A stretch of DNA of 63,998 nucleotides, filler included, from Ministeria vibrans ATCC 50519 (Eukaryota > Protista > Filasterea): the NCBI GenBank assembly GCA_943704425.1. It is 7 parts of 7 records of this genome, joined end to end, with 100 filler letters (N's around TTAATTAATTAA, not from the genome) between each part and the next. Parts side by side here need not be neighbours in the genome. Positions count along the whole stretch, not along the records: positions 1 to 28,280 come from CALSCP010001546.1; positions 28,381 to 44,845 come from CALSCP010000637.1; 5 more parts are not named here. One strand, 5' to 3'. Below the pieces are notes generated by a model. The model made no database searches. It was not told the DNA's origin and saw only the letters and a program-made list of their open reading frames with translations. Every line of letters begins with the position of its first letter. Position 1 is the first letter of the stretch. The position numbers and the translations under genes were made by a program. This document shows positions 25,796 to 37,105 of the stretch, piece after piece.

Positions 25796-27082
25796 ATGTA
25801 TCCAAGGTTGCATAAGTCACTCAAGACAAACTACACTGCTGTTGCTGCTGCTGCCACCTCGACTGCAGCCGCACACTCCTCCTCTCCCACCGCAGCCGCA
25901 GTCGTCAACGCCACCGCTGCGTCGCCCACTACGGGTGTTGTCGGAGCAGTCCGTCAAAGCTCACTTGCCACTCGCGCTCTCTTTGCCGCCCAACTCGCTT
26001 CGTCGTCGCCTCGTCGTCGTCGCCTCAACCCAACAGCGGCCGCCAAGAACGATCTCCGAGCAGCGCTCCGTCGCGCCACCACTATTGTTGGCATGTACGC
26101 CGTTGTCATTCAACCTCATCGTGACACACGATCTCAGGCATCTGCCCAACTTCCTGTCGCCTCCATGCCCGTCGCGGTGACCCCGCGTCGTCGTCAGTCC
26201 GACAGCCTTACCATGACGGCAGTGTCCAACGTCAACTCAGCTGTGGCCGAAGACTCTTCCAGACCCGTCTGGCGCGGTCATCTGATTGCGAAACACGACC
26301 TGGCTGCAAGCCCGTCGCGCGCTATGCGCCTGCGCGATCACCTCGTGGCCCTGTCGCGTCTGCGAGGTCTTCAGTTGCCCTCATCGCTCGCTCTGCCACA
26401 GGTCATGGACGTTGTCAAGACAGAATCGCATGTTCTCGTGGTGACAACCATCACCGACGACGACGAACACAAAAGCTCCACGACGCGATCGCTTCAGGGC
26501 GCGCTCGAATCATCCAGCGGTAGCAGCAGTGACGAGGCAATGGGCGAGCACAACGCCCAGCACATTGTACGGTCACTGGGTACTCTGATTGCAGCCTGCC
26601 ACGCCCGAAAGGTGGTCTTGGGCGACGCGCTCACCCTTTCCAATGTGACTGTCGAGCCTCGCTCGGGCGCAGTGGGTCTCCTCTCACACGCATCTCTCAC
26701 TACGGCAGAGTCCTCCTCCTTTGACCCCAATGCGTCTTCTCCCTCGGCATACACTGCCCCTGAGGCATGCACCAGCACATGCAATGCGCAGCATGACCAG
26801 TGCGCTCGGGATATGTGGGCTCTGGGGGTCATCCTCTACACCCTCTGCCACCGCCACTTTCCCTACATCGCCTCATCCCCCGCTGCTCTCCGCTCTCTCC
26901 TTCTCACCACCGCCTCTACCCAAACCAGTTGTCTCCCACTGTCCCCTTCTCTCTCCCCCGCTCTTCATTCTCTCCTCTCCGCTCTCCTCCACCCTAACCC
27001 CTCTCTCCGGCTCACTGCACCTCAGCTGCTCGCCCATCCTTTTTTCACCGCCTCGGATTCTCAGCGTGTTCCTCACTTGTAA
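25796..27082 (+). CDS. Tribbles-like CAMK-type pseudokinase (intronless)
   Basis: CHARKVVLGD in place of HRD, no DFG, SAYTAPE, DMWALGVILYTL, RLTAPQLLAHPFF, C-terminal DSQRVP. Confidence 0.7.
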   Translation: MYPRLHKSLKTNYTAVAAAATSTAAAHSSSPTAAAVVNATAASPTTGVVGAVRQSSLATRALFAAQLASSSPRRRRLNPTAAAKNDLRAALRRATTIVGMYAVVIQPHRDTRSQASAQLPVASMPVAVTPRRRQSDSLTMTAVSNVNSAVAEDSSRPVWRGHLIAKHDLAASPSRAMRLRDHLVALSRLRGLQLPSSLALPQVMDVVKTESHVLVVTTITDDDEHKSSTTRSLQGALESSSGSSSDEAMGEHNAQHIVRSLGTLIAACHARKVVLGDALTLSNVTVEPRSGAVGLLSHASLTTAESSSFDPNASSPSAYTAPEACTSTCNAQHDQCARDMWALGVILYTLCHRHFPYIASSPAALRSLLLTTASTQTSCLPLSPSLSPALHSLLSALLHPNPSLRLTAPQLLAHPFFTASDSQRVPHL

Positions 27083-27123
27083 CCCCGCTTATTACAATGA
27101 TAATAATTTTTATTTTTTTTACG

Positions 27124-28083
27124 TTACTTTTTGAGAAAGTCCGAGACAAGATTGACAAATTTTGCACCTGCTTCAACATGCACCCAATGGCCCGTATCAA
27201 ACGCATGAAAGTGCGCCTGTGGAAAGAGCCGTTGAATGGTCTCGGTGTCGCGTGAGGGAACGAGATGGTGAGAGCGAGTGCCGTACACAAACAGCGCGGG
27301 CTTGTCAAATACACTGCCGTCGTGTGATGGGAAGGATGCTACGGAAGGCAAACTGGCGCGAAGCACGTCTAAGGGGATGCCCCAGTGTAGATGGTGACTC
27401 GTGCGTAGGTTGGTCAGCAGAAATTGGCGCACACCGAAATCCTGTTGAGACAACCGTAAAATTGAGCGTCTGATTTGATCGTGCTGCTTCTTACTGGAAT
27501 GAGCTTTTCTAAGGCAACATCGACTTCTTTACGCGTTCTAAAGGCACTGAGGTCTTGAAGGGTCTTGAGAGAGTTGAAGATGTAAGGAATGGAGTCCTTG
27601 CTGGCGTCGGTGAAGTCCGTGTTGTGGTCCAGACGGTCCTTCCATGAGTACGTCGTTGGTGCAATGTCAACCACGACAAGACGTGATACCAAGGATGGCT
27701 GGGTTAAGGCCAGGTGCATTGCCGTCTTGCCGCCCTACCGATCGGAAAACAAGAGAGAGTCAGAGAGGTAAGAAAGAAGAGATCAGAGTCGTGTGGATTA
27801 CCATCGAATGACCGACCAGCGAAAATGGGGCTGTGTGGCCCATTTCGGACGACATGGTAGCGGCCGCGTCGGTCGCCATCTCTTCATACGCCATGCTAGG
27901 CCGGTGGGGGCTTTCGCCGTGGTTGCGTGCGTCCATGGCAACACAGGTGAGCTGTGGATCAAGTTGTCTTGTGATGGTGCGCCAGTTCTGCTTGGAGCCC
28001 AGCAGGCCGTGTAGGATCCCAACAAAGCCCTTTGACGAGGATGTTGGGGCGCCAGAGCGAGCAGCAGCAAGAACACAAGACAT
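27124..28083 (-). CDS. ABHD11: Alpha/beta hydrolase ABHD11/YbfF-like esterase
   Basis: LHGLLGSKQNW, DARNHGESPH, GHSM|GGK nucleophile elbow, VVVDIAP, GHWVHVE. Confidence 0.9.
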
Positions 28084-28280
28084 ATGAATAAAATTGTGTA
28101 AAATAATAATAAGATAATCAGGATTGAAAGCGTTGGGTATTAACTATGAAGCTGTTGAGTGTTGAGTGTTGAGTGTTTAGACAGTTTGGACTTTAGAGTT
28201 GAACTGTTGATCAATGATCGTTGATGAACCAATTTTCGATTTCGCGCAATCGAAATGACTCAAAAGCTTTCAATTAGAGG

Positions 28281-28380
28281 NNNNNNNNNNNNNNNNNNNN
28301 NNNNNNNNNNNNNNNNNNNNNNNNTTAATTAATTAANNNNNNNNNNNNNNNNNNNNNNNNNNNNNNNNNNNNNNNNNNNN
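28281..28380. other. Artificial scaffold linker (N44-TTAATTAATTAA-N44); identical linkers at 44846-44945, 52358-52457, 53661-53760, 58978-59077, 62192-62291
   Basis: Fixed 100-nt spacer carrying stop codons in all six frames. Confidence 0.97.
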
Positions 28381-28459
28381 CGCTACGGCGATGTCATCGA
28401 GAGCCATTCCATCCGCATCCACCTACCACACACACACACACACGCACACACACACACAT

Positions 28460-28503
<44 letters not shown>

Positions 28504-30056
28504 TCAGTGAGACACACTCTCGATTGAGGAAGAAATATTTACTGGTTGCGTCGGAGGTGCTCTGCGAGAGGGACAGGGAGGCATCGCGTGTGCCGTGAGA
28601 GAGGAGAAAGGAGCACGACGACGATGACTGGTGGGTAGTAAAGAGGGAGAGAAGCGAGTGGAGCAGATGAAAGATGTGCGGGGGACGGAAGGGCATAGGA
28701 GTCGGAGTGGGAGGAGCCGGGTGGACGCGTAAAAGCTTGCCGTTGACGGGATTAACGCGCGCCACAAGCACAGACGACAAAGATGCTGGCGTGGCGTGAG
28801 AGAGGAGAAGACGGTGAAGCCAAATAAGAACCGTCTCGCGTGCAGTAAAGGATTCACTGCCCATCTCTGGGTGGTACTCCATTTTGGTCAGGAGCACCGT
28901 CTCCGTTGCCGGCTGCTCATCTTCGTCACTCACACCGTCCACTCGACTGCGCACAAGCACACGAAGACCATCGGAGAAGGCCCACACATTGTAAACATGA
29001 GTGGGCGCTGTGCAACAGTCTCTGTCTACAGCAACCTCGCGTGCGCGATGGTCGTAGTGCTCGTGCGCCCACTCGCGCGCACTCAGTTCAGCCCGCACCA
29101 CGGGCGCGTCCACACACACCAGACGACGACGAGACCGGCTCGCTTCCTCTGACTGCGGTCCAGTGGGATCTGCGTCGTCGTCGTGGATCACCACTGGTAC
29201 GTCCCATCGTTCGTCAAACAGCCGTGCGCCGGTCAGCGCCAGCACCTCCAACACCTCGTCGCAAACGACTGCCGCACATCCGTGTGCCTTGGCCAGCTCG
29301 TGTGCTTTTGCGTCCTTGCTTATTGCAGCCAGCTGCTGTGGCAAGGCACTGGTGTCCTTCGCCAAGGTCTGCTCGTCGCAGAGTAACTTGGATCCAATGG
29401 GAAATGTCTCGCAAAAAGGTCCAGGCAGCACACCAGAGTGTCCCACCGTCCCACGCCATGCAAACGTATCGGCGGCACTTCCCACGTCTGCAAAGGCGCT
29501 GTGAGTCGACAAAAACTGGTAGAAGCGAGGCAGCGAGGTGGTGACGCTCTCTTTGGCGCGCGCAATGCGCCGTTGAATGCACGTTCGAACGGACGACGGC
29601 AATTTGAAGTAGCGCTCGCGATTGGCCACGGCCGCACGACGTTGATCGCCACAGTACAGCTCCTGTTCCGCCTCCACACGCCCCTTCAACGCTTGATAAA
29701 CCTTTTCCTCGTCGGTCGTCAGCGACAACGCACTGCGCAGCGACAGGAACGACGCGTGTTCATCGGCCGACAATTGTGAAAAGCGACGCGACAAATGAAT
29801 CTGCTGCTGTTTGCGCGTCGACGACGCGCTATCCTCGGCGGCCGTCGTCAATTCAACTGCGGCAGCGTCCGCCTTGGCATGCGCGGCCCATTGCATGCGA
29901 AGGAGCGGCACATCCGGCACATCGTCAACATCGATGGGTTCATCCGACGCACTCTCATCCGTCGGCCTAACAAACAAAAGCCGCATCAATCAACGCACCC
30001 TACACTTCCCACTACTACTTTGGCTACCATTCGAGAACATCAACTTCATCAGACAT
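28381..30056 (-). CDS. ICE2: Little elongation complex subunit 2 (ICE2/NARG2)-like, 3' truncated at scaffold end
   Basis: YNVWAFSDGLRVLVRS...LLTKMEYHPEMGSESFTARETVLIW...VARVNP resembles the NARG2_C domain. N-terminal SRRFSQLSADEH. Confidence 0.65.
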
Positions 30057-30325
30057 GATAAAAAAATAAAAATTAAGATGAGAAGATCATTTAGATCACA
30101 ACAACACAGCAGACACTTCAGAACCACTTCACACTTTCTAAGCTAAGAAGAAGCATCGAGAGAAAGCAGAGACAAAACAGACAGTCAAACAAGTTGGCGC
30201 CAAGTGACGCAATAGGTACCAGGCACTAATGATGAACTGTTTTTGGTGACTGATGAATGAGTATGTCATATCATAATTAGTGTCAATCACAAAGTGTAAT
30301 GGTACTCTTGGAAAAAGATGAGATT

Positions 30326-31259
30326 CTAGAGGTTCTCGGCCCACTCAAAATGACGATGAAGCCAGTCGGCGTACCAGTTACGCGTGTTGTGGGGAGACTG
30401 ACGCTGTACGCTCTGAGGAGCGACTTGGTAAAGGGCACGGAGGGGCGCCAGAGAGAGATGGGCCAGGTGGTGACGCACTGTGTTGGCATAGCACGACGCG
30501 ACGACACCATCCACCACAATGGTTCCTTCCATTGTTGCCGGTGCAAAGGCATCGGTGTCAACGGTGCGCGACACGCTAGTGATGTGGACAGAACGCGAAG
30601 TGGCCTCCGTCGCATTGGGGGTAAACAGGAGCGCGTCGCCCTCGGTCACTTGGTGCGCCAGCATGGGTACAAAGTGCGAGTGACCGTTGCGTCGAACAAA
30701 GAGAGTGTGAAGCGGTGTGACACGGAGCACGCCGTTGCCCGAGTGCGCCAAGTCCAAGTAAGAGATCTTGCTGTCCTTTTTTGCGTCCAGAAACGCATAC
30801 ACCTCGCTAAATCGTGCCTTCTCTCCCTCTGACGGAGTGCTCACTTGAACACGGTCGCCCACGCGCAGGTCGCGAATCGGCACGGTCAAGCCGGACTGAG
30901 AGAGGGGAAAGAGAAAAGAGGAAGTTCAGCGATGGAAAAAGAAAGAGAGAGAGAGAGAGAAATAGAGAGAGAGAGAGAACCTCCAGGAGAACGGACGAGG
31001 AGCCTGGGAAACAGCTGGGGTCACTGTACACCTGATCAGGCCATCGGGGAGAAAAGAAGACGAAACAAAGAAAACGAGTGAGTCAGCGCTTTTCTTTTTT
31101 TTAACGAGTCGTTTGTTTTTGCATTACCTCACAGCCCCACTTGTTGCAAAAGCCAGTGCCAACATCCGTGCAAGAGCAGGAAGTCGTGTAGATTCGGTAC
31201 GCAGCGAGCGACGGCGCGACAACGGCGAGGAGAAGCGTAAGAAGCAAAACTGTTCGCAT
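30326..31259 (-). CDS. Secreted hedgehog-related Hog (Hint + sterol-recognition region) protein with a tiny Cys-rich N-domain; exons 31259-31128, 31031-30981, 30895-30326
   Basis: Signal peptide; S|CFPG, DLRVGDRV, FSEVYAFLD, VTPLHTLF, FAPATMEGTIVVDGVVASCYA, HHLAHLSLAPLR, WYADWL. All junctions are phase-0 GT-AG. Confidence 0.92.
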
Positions 31260-31527
31260 ACTACATAGCAAAGAGAGAGAGAGAGAGCGGACGAAAATTA
31301 TTTTGCGCCCTTCTTTATTGCGTCTCAAGCGAGAGACCCATCGCAAGGCCCATCTCTAATCTTCTCTCTCTCTACCTTGTAAAAAAGGTTCTTTAACGAT
31401 AAAAAAAAATGAACTTTTTAAATCTTATGAGTTATTCTTATCGCTCTTCAATCATGATGACCAAACATTTTTGGTCAATGATCAATTGCTCTTCGTTTCC
31501 CAGTCATTTCCCCCCACCTCAACACAC

Positions 31528-32108
31528 ATGCTGATCAAAGCTCTCGCCAAAGCGTTCCGCGTCCACGCCGAGACACAGGAGTCGGCGTCGCTCGACAATG
31601 GCTATGTGGACTCGCAGTACAGTCGGACGGCCGTCAAAGCGATTGAGACGACATACTCTGCCGCACAGGGACATATCGATACGGATGTATGCGTCATTGG
31701 CGGGGGCTTTGCGGGTCTTGGGACTGCGCTGAGTTTGGCCGAGAAGAGTGCCACTGTGGTGTTGGTGAGAAGAGAAAGAGAGAGAGAAACGATGGAAGAG
31801 TGATTCTCACGGAGTGTGTTCAGCTGGAAAGAGATCGCATTGCGAGTCAGGCGAGTGGGCGCAACGGCGGCTTTGTACTGGAAGGCTTTCAGGTGGAGCC
31901 CGAGGACCTGCTGGACGAGGTGAAGCCTTCTGTCGCGCGTGAGCTCTACGCTCTTTCGGTGATGGGCCACCGTCTGCTGCGCGATCGCATTCGTCAGTAC
32001 AGTATTGAGTGCGACGTTGAGGTATGCTGCAACGTCTCGGGCGTGTGCAATCTCTCTCTCTCTCTATCACTTTGTTTCTCTTTCTCTATCACTTTGTTTC
32101 TTTCTCCC

Positions 32109-32207
<99 letters not shown>

Positions 32208-33317
32208 TCTCTATCTTCTTCTTTCTCAACTGGGGCATCTTTTCTGTAGGACTCGGGCGCACTGACTGTGTCGGTCTTCAAGAATGGCTATGACGACGCA
32301 AAGGAATGTGTAGAGCTGGTGAACGAGACGTACGGGACAGCCTTGGAAGTGTGGCCTGCGTCCAAAGTGCGCGAGCTGTATGCGTCAGACACGTACCATC
32401 ACGGTGTATTTGATCCCTCAGGTGAGAACACATTTTAGATATTATTAGTATATTCGGCTCAATGCATGCGCTGTTCAGGATACACAGTGCACCCGTTGAA
32501 TTTGGGGTTGGGTCTGGCACGCGTGTGCAGTACGCTTGGCGTGCGAATCCACGAACACAGCGAAGCAGTCTCCGTCTCCCCCAACGACGCTAGCCAGAAC
32601 ACCACGGGTGGTCGTTCTCGACGGTGGGTGGTGACGACGGGGAGTGGAGCGCAGGTTCACGCAGACAGTGTAGTGCTGGCTGGAAGCATTGGGATGACCG
32701 AGGCTTTGGCGGGCCCTGTGCAGCGCGCCTGTGTCCCCGTCTACACCTACATCATGGTCACCGAGCCCCTTCCCTCTGCTGTCCTCCGCTCTGCCATCAA
32801 TGCTCCTTACTCCGTCTGCGACGATCGCTATGCCCTCAATTACTTCCGCCCATTGGCCGACGGGCGCATTCTGTGGGGTGGCTTTGCGACGCCCGAGCCC
32901 ATCACGGACGAGGAACAGCTGCGCGCACAGCTGGAAGCAGATCTGCTCAAGGTGTTTCCACAGCTGACGGGCCATGTACGCTGCGGAACGGCATGGGGCG
33001 GCGCACTGGCCATGGGCCTGCGCCAAATGCCGCTCGTGGGGTGCCTAGACGCACAAGGGGACAAGGACTCCCAGCAGGGCTCCCTGTGGTATCTGACGGG
33101 ATTTGGCGGGCATGGCGTGGCTGCGACACACACGGCGGGCCACCTGGTCGCTTGTGCCATCACCGACCCCTCTGACGCCCGTTGGCGTCTTTTTGCGTCG
33201 CACTTCCCGCTTGAGCCCGCTGCAGTGTTTGGCGCGACGGGCGTGCGCATTGCGTCGTGGTACTACCACACACGCGACGCACTTGCGCTCTGGTGGGACC
33301 GTACCCAAGGCAAATAA
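31528..33317 (+). CDS. FAD-dependent oxidoreductase, DAO family, PuuB/OrdL-like
   Basis: DVCVIGGGFAGL, ASGRNGGF, VHPLNLGLGLA, YIMVTEPL, NYFRPLADGRILWGG, GFGGHGV; 4 exons. Confidence 0.88.
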
Positions 33318-33505
33318 GAACGAGTGAGCACTCCATCGTGACACTCTTCATTCGTACACTATCGTAACATAATTATATATATAATTATAATTGTATATAT
33401 ATCATACAAGTCAAATAAGAACGAGCGTGCTCTCCACACTCCCAATTCGTACACTATAGAAACATATATATCATACAAGTCAAATAAGAACGAGCGCGCT
33501 CTCCC
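33311..33505. repeat. Three imperfect tandem copies starting CAAATAAGAACGAG that duplicate the stop-codon/3'UTR junction
   Basis: caaataagaacgag at 33311, ~33412 and 33481, with shared ttcgtacactat and atatatatcatacaagt. Confidence 0.8.
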
Positions 33506-33572
33506 TAGAAGAAGCAGAAAAAGAGACAGGAGGGAGGAAAGAAAAAACACAGCACAAAAGAACCCGTTAGTG

Positions 33573-33679
33573 TCAGTCAATCGCATTGACATAAACCACA
33601 TTATCTCCACGGAGGAACAGCTACAAAAACAAATTAATAATCGTTATAAAAGTCACTCGGAGTAAAAAAAAAACACATC

Positions 33680-33720
<41 letters not shown>

Positions 33721-34451
33721 GATATACCTGATTGATGTGACGTGTCTTAGGAGCCAACGAGGGATCTGCTCCAAGATCGCGGTAGTGTTCGTCGACGTCA
33801 AGCAGCACCAGGTTGAGATGCTTGTCAAAGGCAACGAGATAGCCCTCGAGAACGCCACGAATGCCGCGCGCACGCCGAATGCACACACGCGTGCGACACC
33901 GCGTTTTGAAACATCTATATATTACTGACAGCGGTCCCTTGTCGTGCTCGCACTCCTCCATGCGCATCAGTACGTCCCGTTTTCGTTTTCGACCCCCACC
34001 CGTCGCTCTCCCTTCTTCTCTTTGCTGCTCAGTGCTCTCCTTTGCCTTCTGTGCCTCTCGCGCCAACTTCTCCTCCGCCGCTATCCTCCGTGCCTCCGCC
34101 TCCAATGCACGCTCTTCGTCGGCACGCACCCGTTTCTCTGTCAGACGCAGATCAGACTTATAGTGTGTTTCTTCAGTGACCAACTGAGCGTACCCGCTCG
34201 TTCTTGCTGCGCCCGTCGCTTCTCCAAAGCCTCTTCGCCATCCGTCATCAACAGCCCACTTGCCGCGTACTGTGCCAGGTTGTCAAAGGGCTTCATCTTG
34301 GGAAATGGGAGCACCACAGCACTGCAAAACACACACACACACATGAGAAACCATCTGAGGAACGCATCTCCAGTTCCTACTTGGAATAGAGCGCTCGAAG
34401 CGGATCAAATCGCTCGTCGGTTACGTCCAACGAGGGGCTCTGTGACGACAT
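33573..34451 (-). CDS. LSM11: U7 snRNP-specific Sm-like protein Lsm11
   Basis: N-terminal FDPLRALY and PFDNLAQY motifs; GPLSVI...GYLVAFDKHLNLVLLDVDE (Sm1); RHINQLFLRGDNVV (Sm2). Confidence 0.85.
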
Positions 34452-34609
34452 GCGCTACAAAGGGAAAAGGAGTCAAAAGAGAGTGAACGGCTGAACAGTT
34501 GAACTCTCAAGTTTATTCAACATTCAACGAAGATGAAAGAAGATGGAATGAAGACACTAAAAATCAAACAATAAAATATTTATTCATCCTTCCTTTATTT
34601 GATTTTAAA

Positions 34610-37074
34610 ATGGCAAGCGCACCAGGTGACGCAGCCAGCGTGATTGCGGTATGAATAGAAACCGTTTCGGGATATTTCGGTGTCGCCTTGACAACGCTGC
34701 TCGCTCCTCTGGAATTCGCCGCATCCTGATCGCTTCTCCCTCTTGACAGGCTCTCCAGCGCGAATTGAATGCTCTTGCTGACGACAATCGTTCGACACGA
34801 AAGCGAAGTCTTCTCAAAATCCGTCAGTTGACAGTCGACCAACTTTCCAACGACGAGATTCTTCACACCGTCTTCAGCGACCCTTCCGTTGCCCGTCCCA
34901 TCATCAAGTGTTTTGAAGATCCTCTTGAGAAATGCCGTGAGCTCTCTGCGATCATGATTGGCGAGTAATGCTGTTGAAAATCAATCACGTTTCGGCAATG
35001 TGCTGACGCGAATGCCTTGGATCAATTTAGAGTTCTTGTCCGATCTCCGCCCACTCTTCACGATCAAGCTCCCTTACTTCTTGGTATGCTTGCTAGGCGT
35101 CTTGCAGAGAAGGATATCGTCGAGCCGTCGGAAGAGGTGCGGCTCGAACTTGTACAGGTGCTGTCGCGTCTTCTCGACTCGTGCGACGCATCGGCTCCCT
35201 CCGTCACCCTCAAAGTCCACGTTGAAGATATGCTTCGAATCCTTGCACGCACCCTCACCGACCCCTACCCAGACATTAAGAAGGTACACCAGACACAAAT
35301 GACGGACGGGACGATCATTCATCTGAGTGTTACGGCAGATGAGCTGTCAGTGCGTTGTGTTGCTCAGTCAGCGGTTTCCCGAGCAGTTTCTGCAACAGGC
35401 AGAGCACCTCTCGATGCCACTCCTCACACTTCTTTCTCACCAACACTCGCGTGTGCGACTCGCTGCAGTACTCGTACGAACACACAAGCACACATACAAT
35501 TCACACACGCACACACCACAAAGACACACGCACACCACAAAGACACACGCACACCACAAAGACACACGCACACCACAAGACACACGCACACCACAAAGAC
35601 ACACACACTCCATAAAGACACACGCGCACCACAAAGACACACACACGCCACAAAGACACTCACACACCACAAAGACACACGCATACCACAAGACACACGC
35701 ACACCACAAAGACACACGCGCACCACAAAGACACACACACGCCACAAAAACACTCACACACCATAAAGACACCCCACAAAGACACACACACATACACAAA
35801 GAGAATATTATTTGTGTACATCGTTAATCAGTGACAACAGGGATTAGGGGCATTTTTGGAGCAAGGGACAACGAACCACGAGACGATACGCACGACACTG
35901 GAACAGATGGGACGCGCCACGATGGACGCACATTCGAGTGTGCGCAATGCACTGACGAGTGTCACTGAGCGACTGCTGACGGTCCAGCGCGATCGGTATT
36001 CGCACTTTGCACCTCTGTTACTTGTGCTGTTGCCGCAGCTCAGCGACGAGTACGCCTCGAATGTGACGCACGCCGCTGCAGCACTTGCGCACGCAGGCAG
36101 AGTGTACGCAGAGGAGAACCGCACGCACCTCAAAGACGCATGTGACTGGGAGCAGTCGGACCCGAGCGCACCCGAGTGGGCTCAGGTAGGCGCGGGGGCC
36201 ACGGCGCTGGTGCACGCTCACTCCAAGGCACTCCTCGACTCTCTTTTGCCTCTACTCACCGACTGGGCACTTCCCGTCCGCACCCACACTCTCCGCATAC
36301 TCTCCACTGTGCTCCATCTCTTACGCTCCCACGCCACTCCCCACCTGGACCGCCTTTTCATGGCCCTCCGTGCTCCCCTTGCCGACTCCCTTGCGCCTCT
36401 TGCCCTCGACTGCATCGCCGTGCTGGGCCGCCACATTCCCCTTGCCACAACCGTCCCTCTCCTCCTCCCTCGCCTCATCCGTCCCCCGTCCGACTCCCCC
36501 TCCCACCCCACTGCTACCCTTCGCTTCCTTCGTGCCCTCCTCGACGCCACCACCTCCTCTTCCTCCCTGCCCATCTCCACTGCCCCTCTCGAGACACTTT
36601 TGACTACCCTCACCACCGACACCGCACTCACCGCTAGCGACCACACTCCGCTTCTTGAGGCCCTTGCACTGCTCCTGCGCTCCCTCGCCCCACACACCCC
36701 TCCACATCTCCACCATCATCTCTTCTTTATTGCTATTGCCCTCCTCGCCACTCACACCCCGCACCTTGTTGACTCTGCACACGCCTCTCTTCGCATCCTC
36801 AGTGACCCTCCAGCACCCCTCTTTGCCCGCCATTTCCTCCCCACCCTCTCCCTTATCCTCTCCGACTGCCCCGTTCGCCATCTATCGCCCCCCTCCGCCT
36901 GGCACTCCTCCTCCCACTCCCTCCGTCTCACTCTTGCCCTGCTTGCTTCCCCTGATGCCCCCCTTGCAGACCACCTGGAGCCCGTTCTCAACCTCTTCTC
37001 GCTTACTCTCGACACTTCACGCTCGCCCGAACTCCGTCTCAAGTACAAAGCGAGAGAGAAAGAGAGAGAGAGAA

Positions 37075-37105
<31 letters not shown>

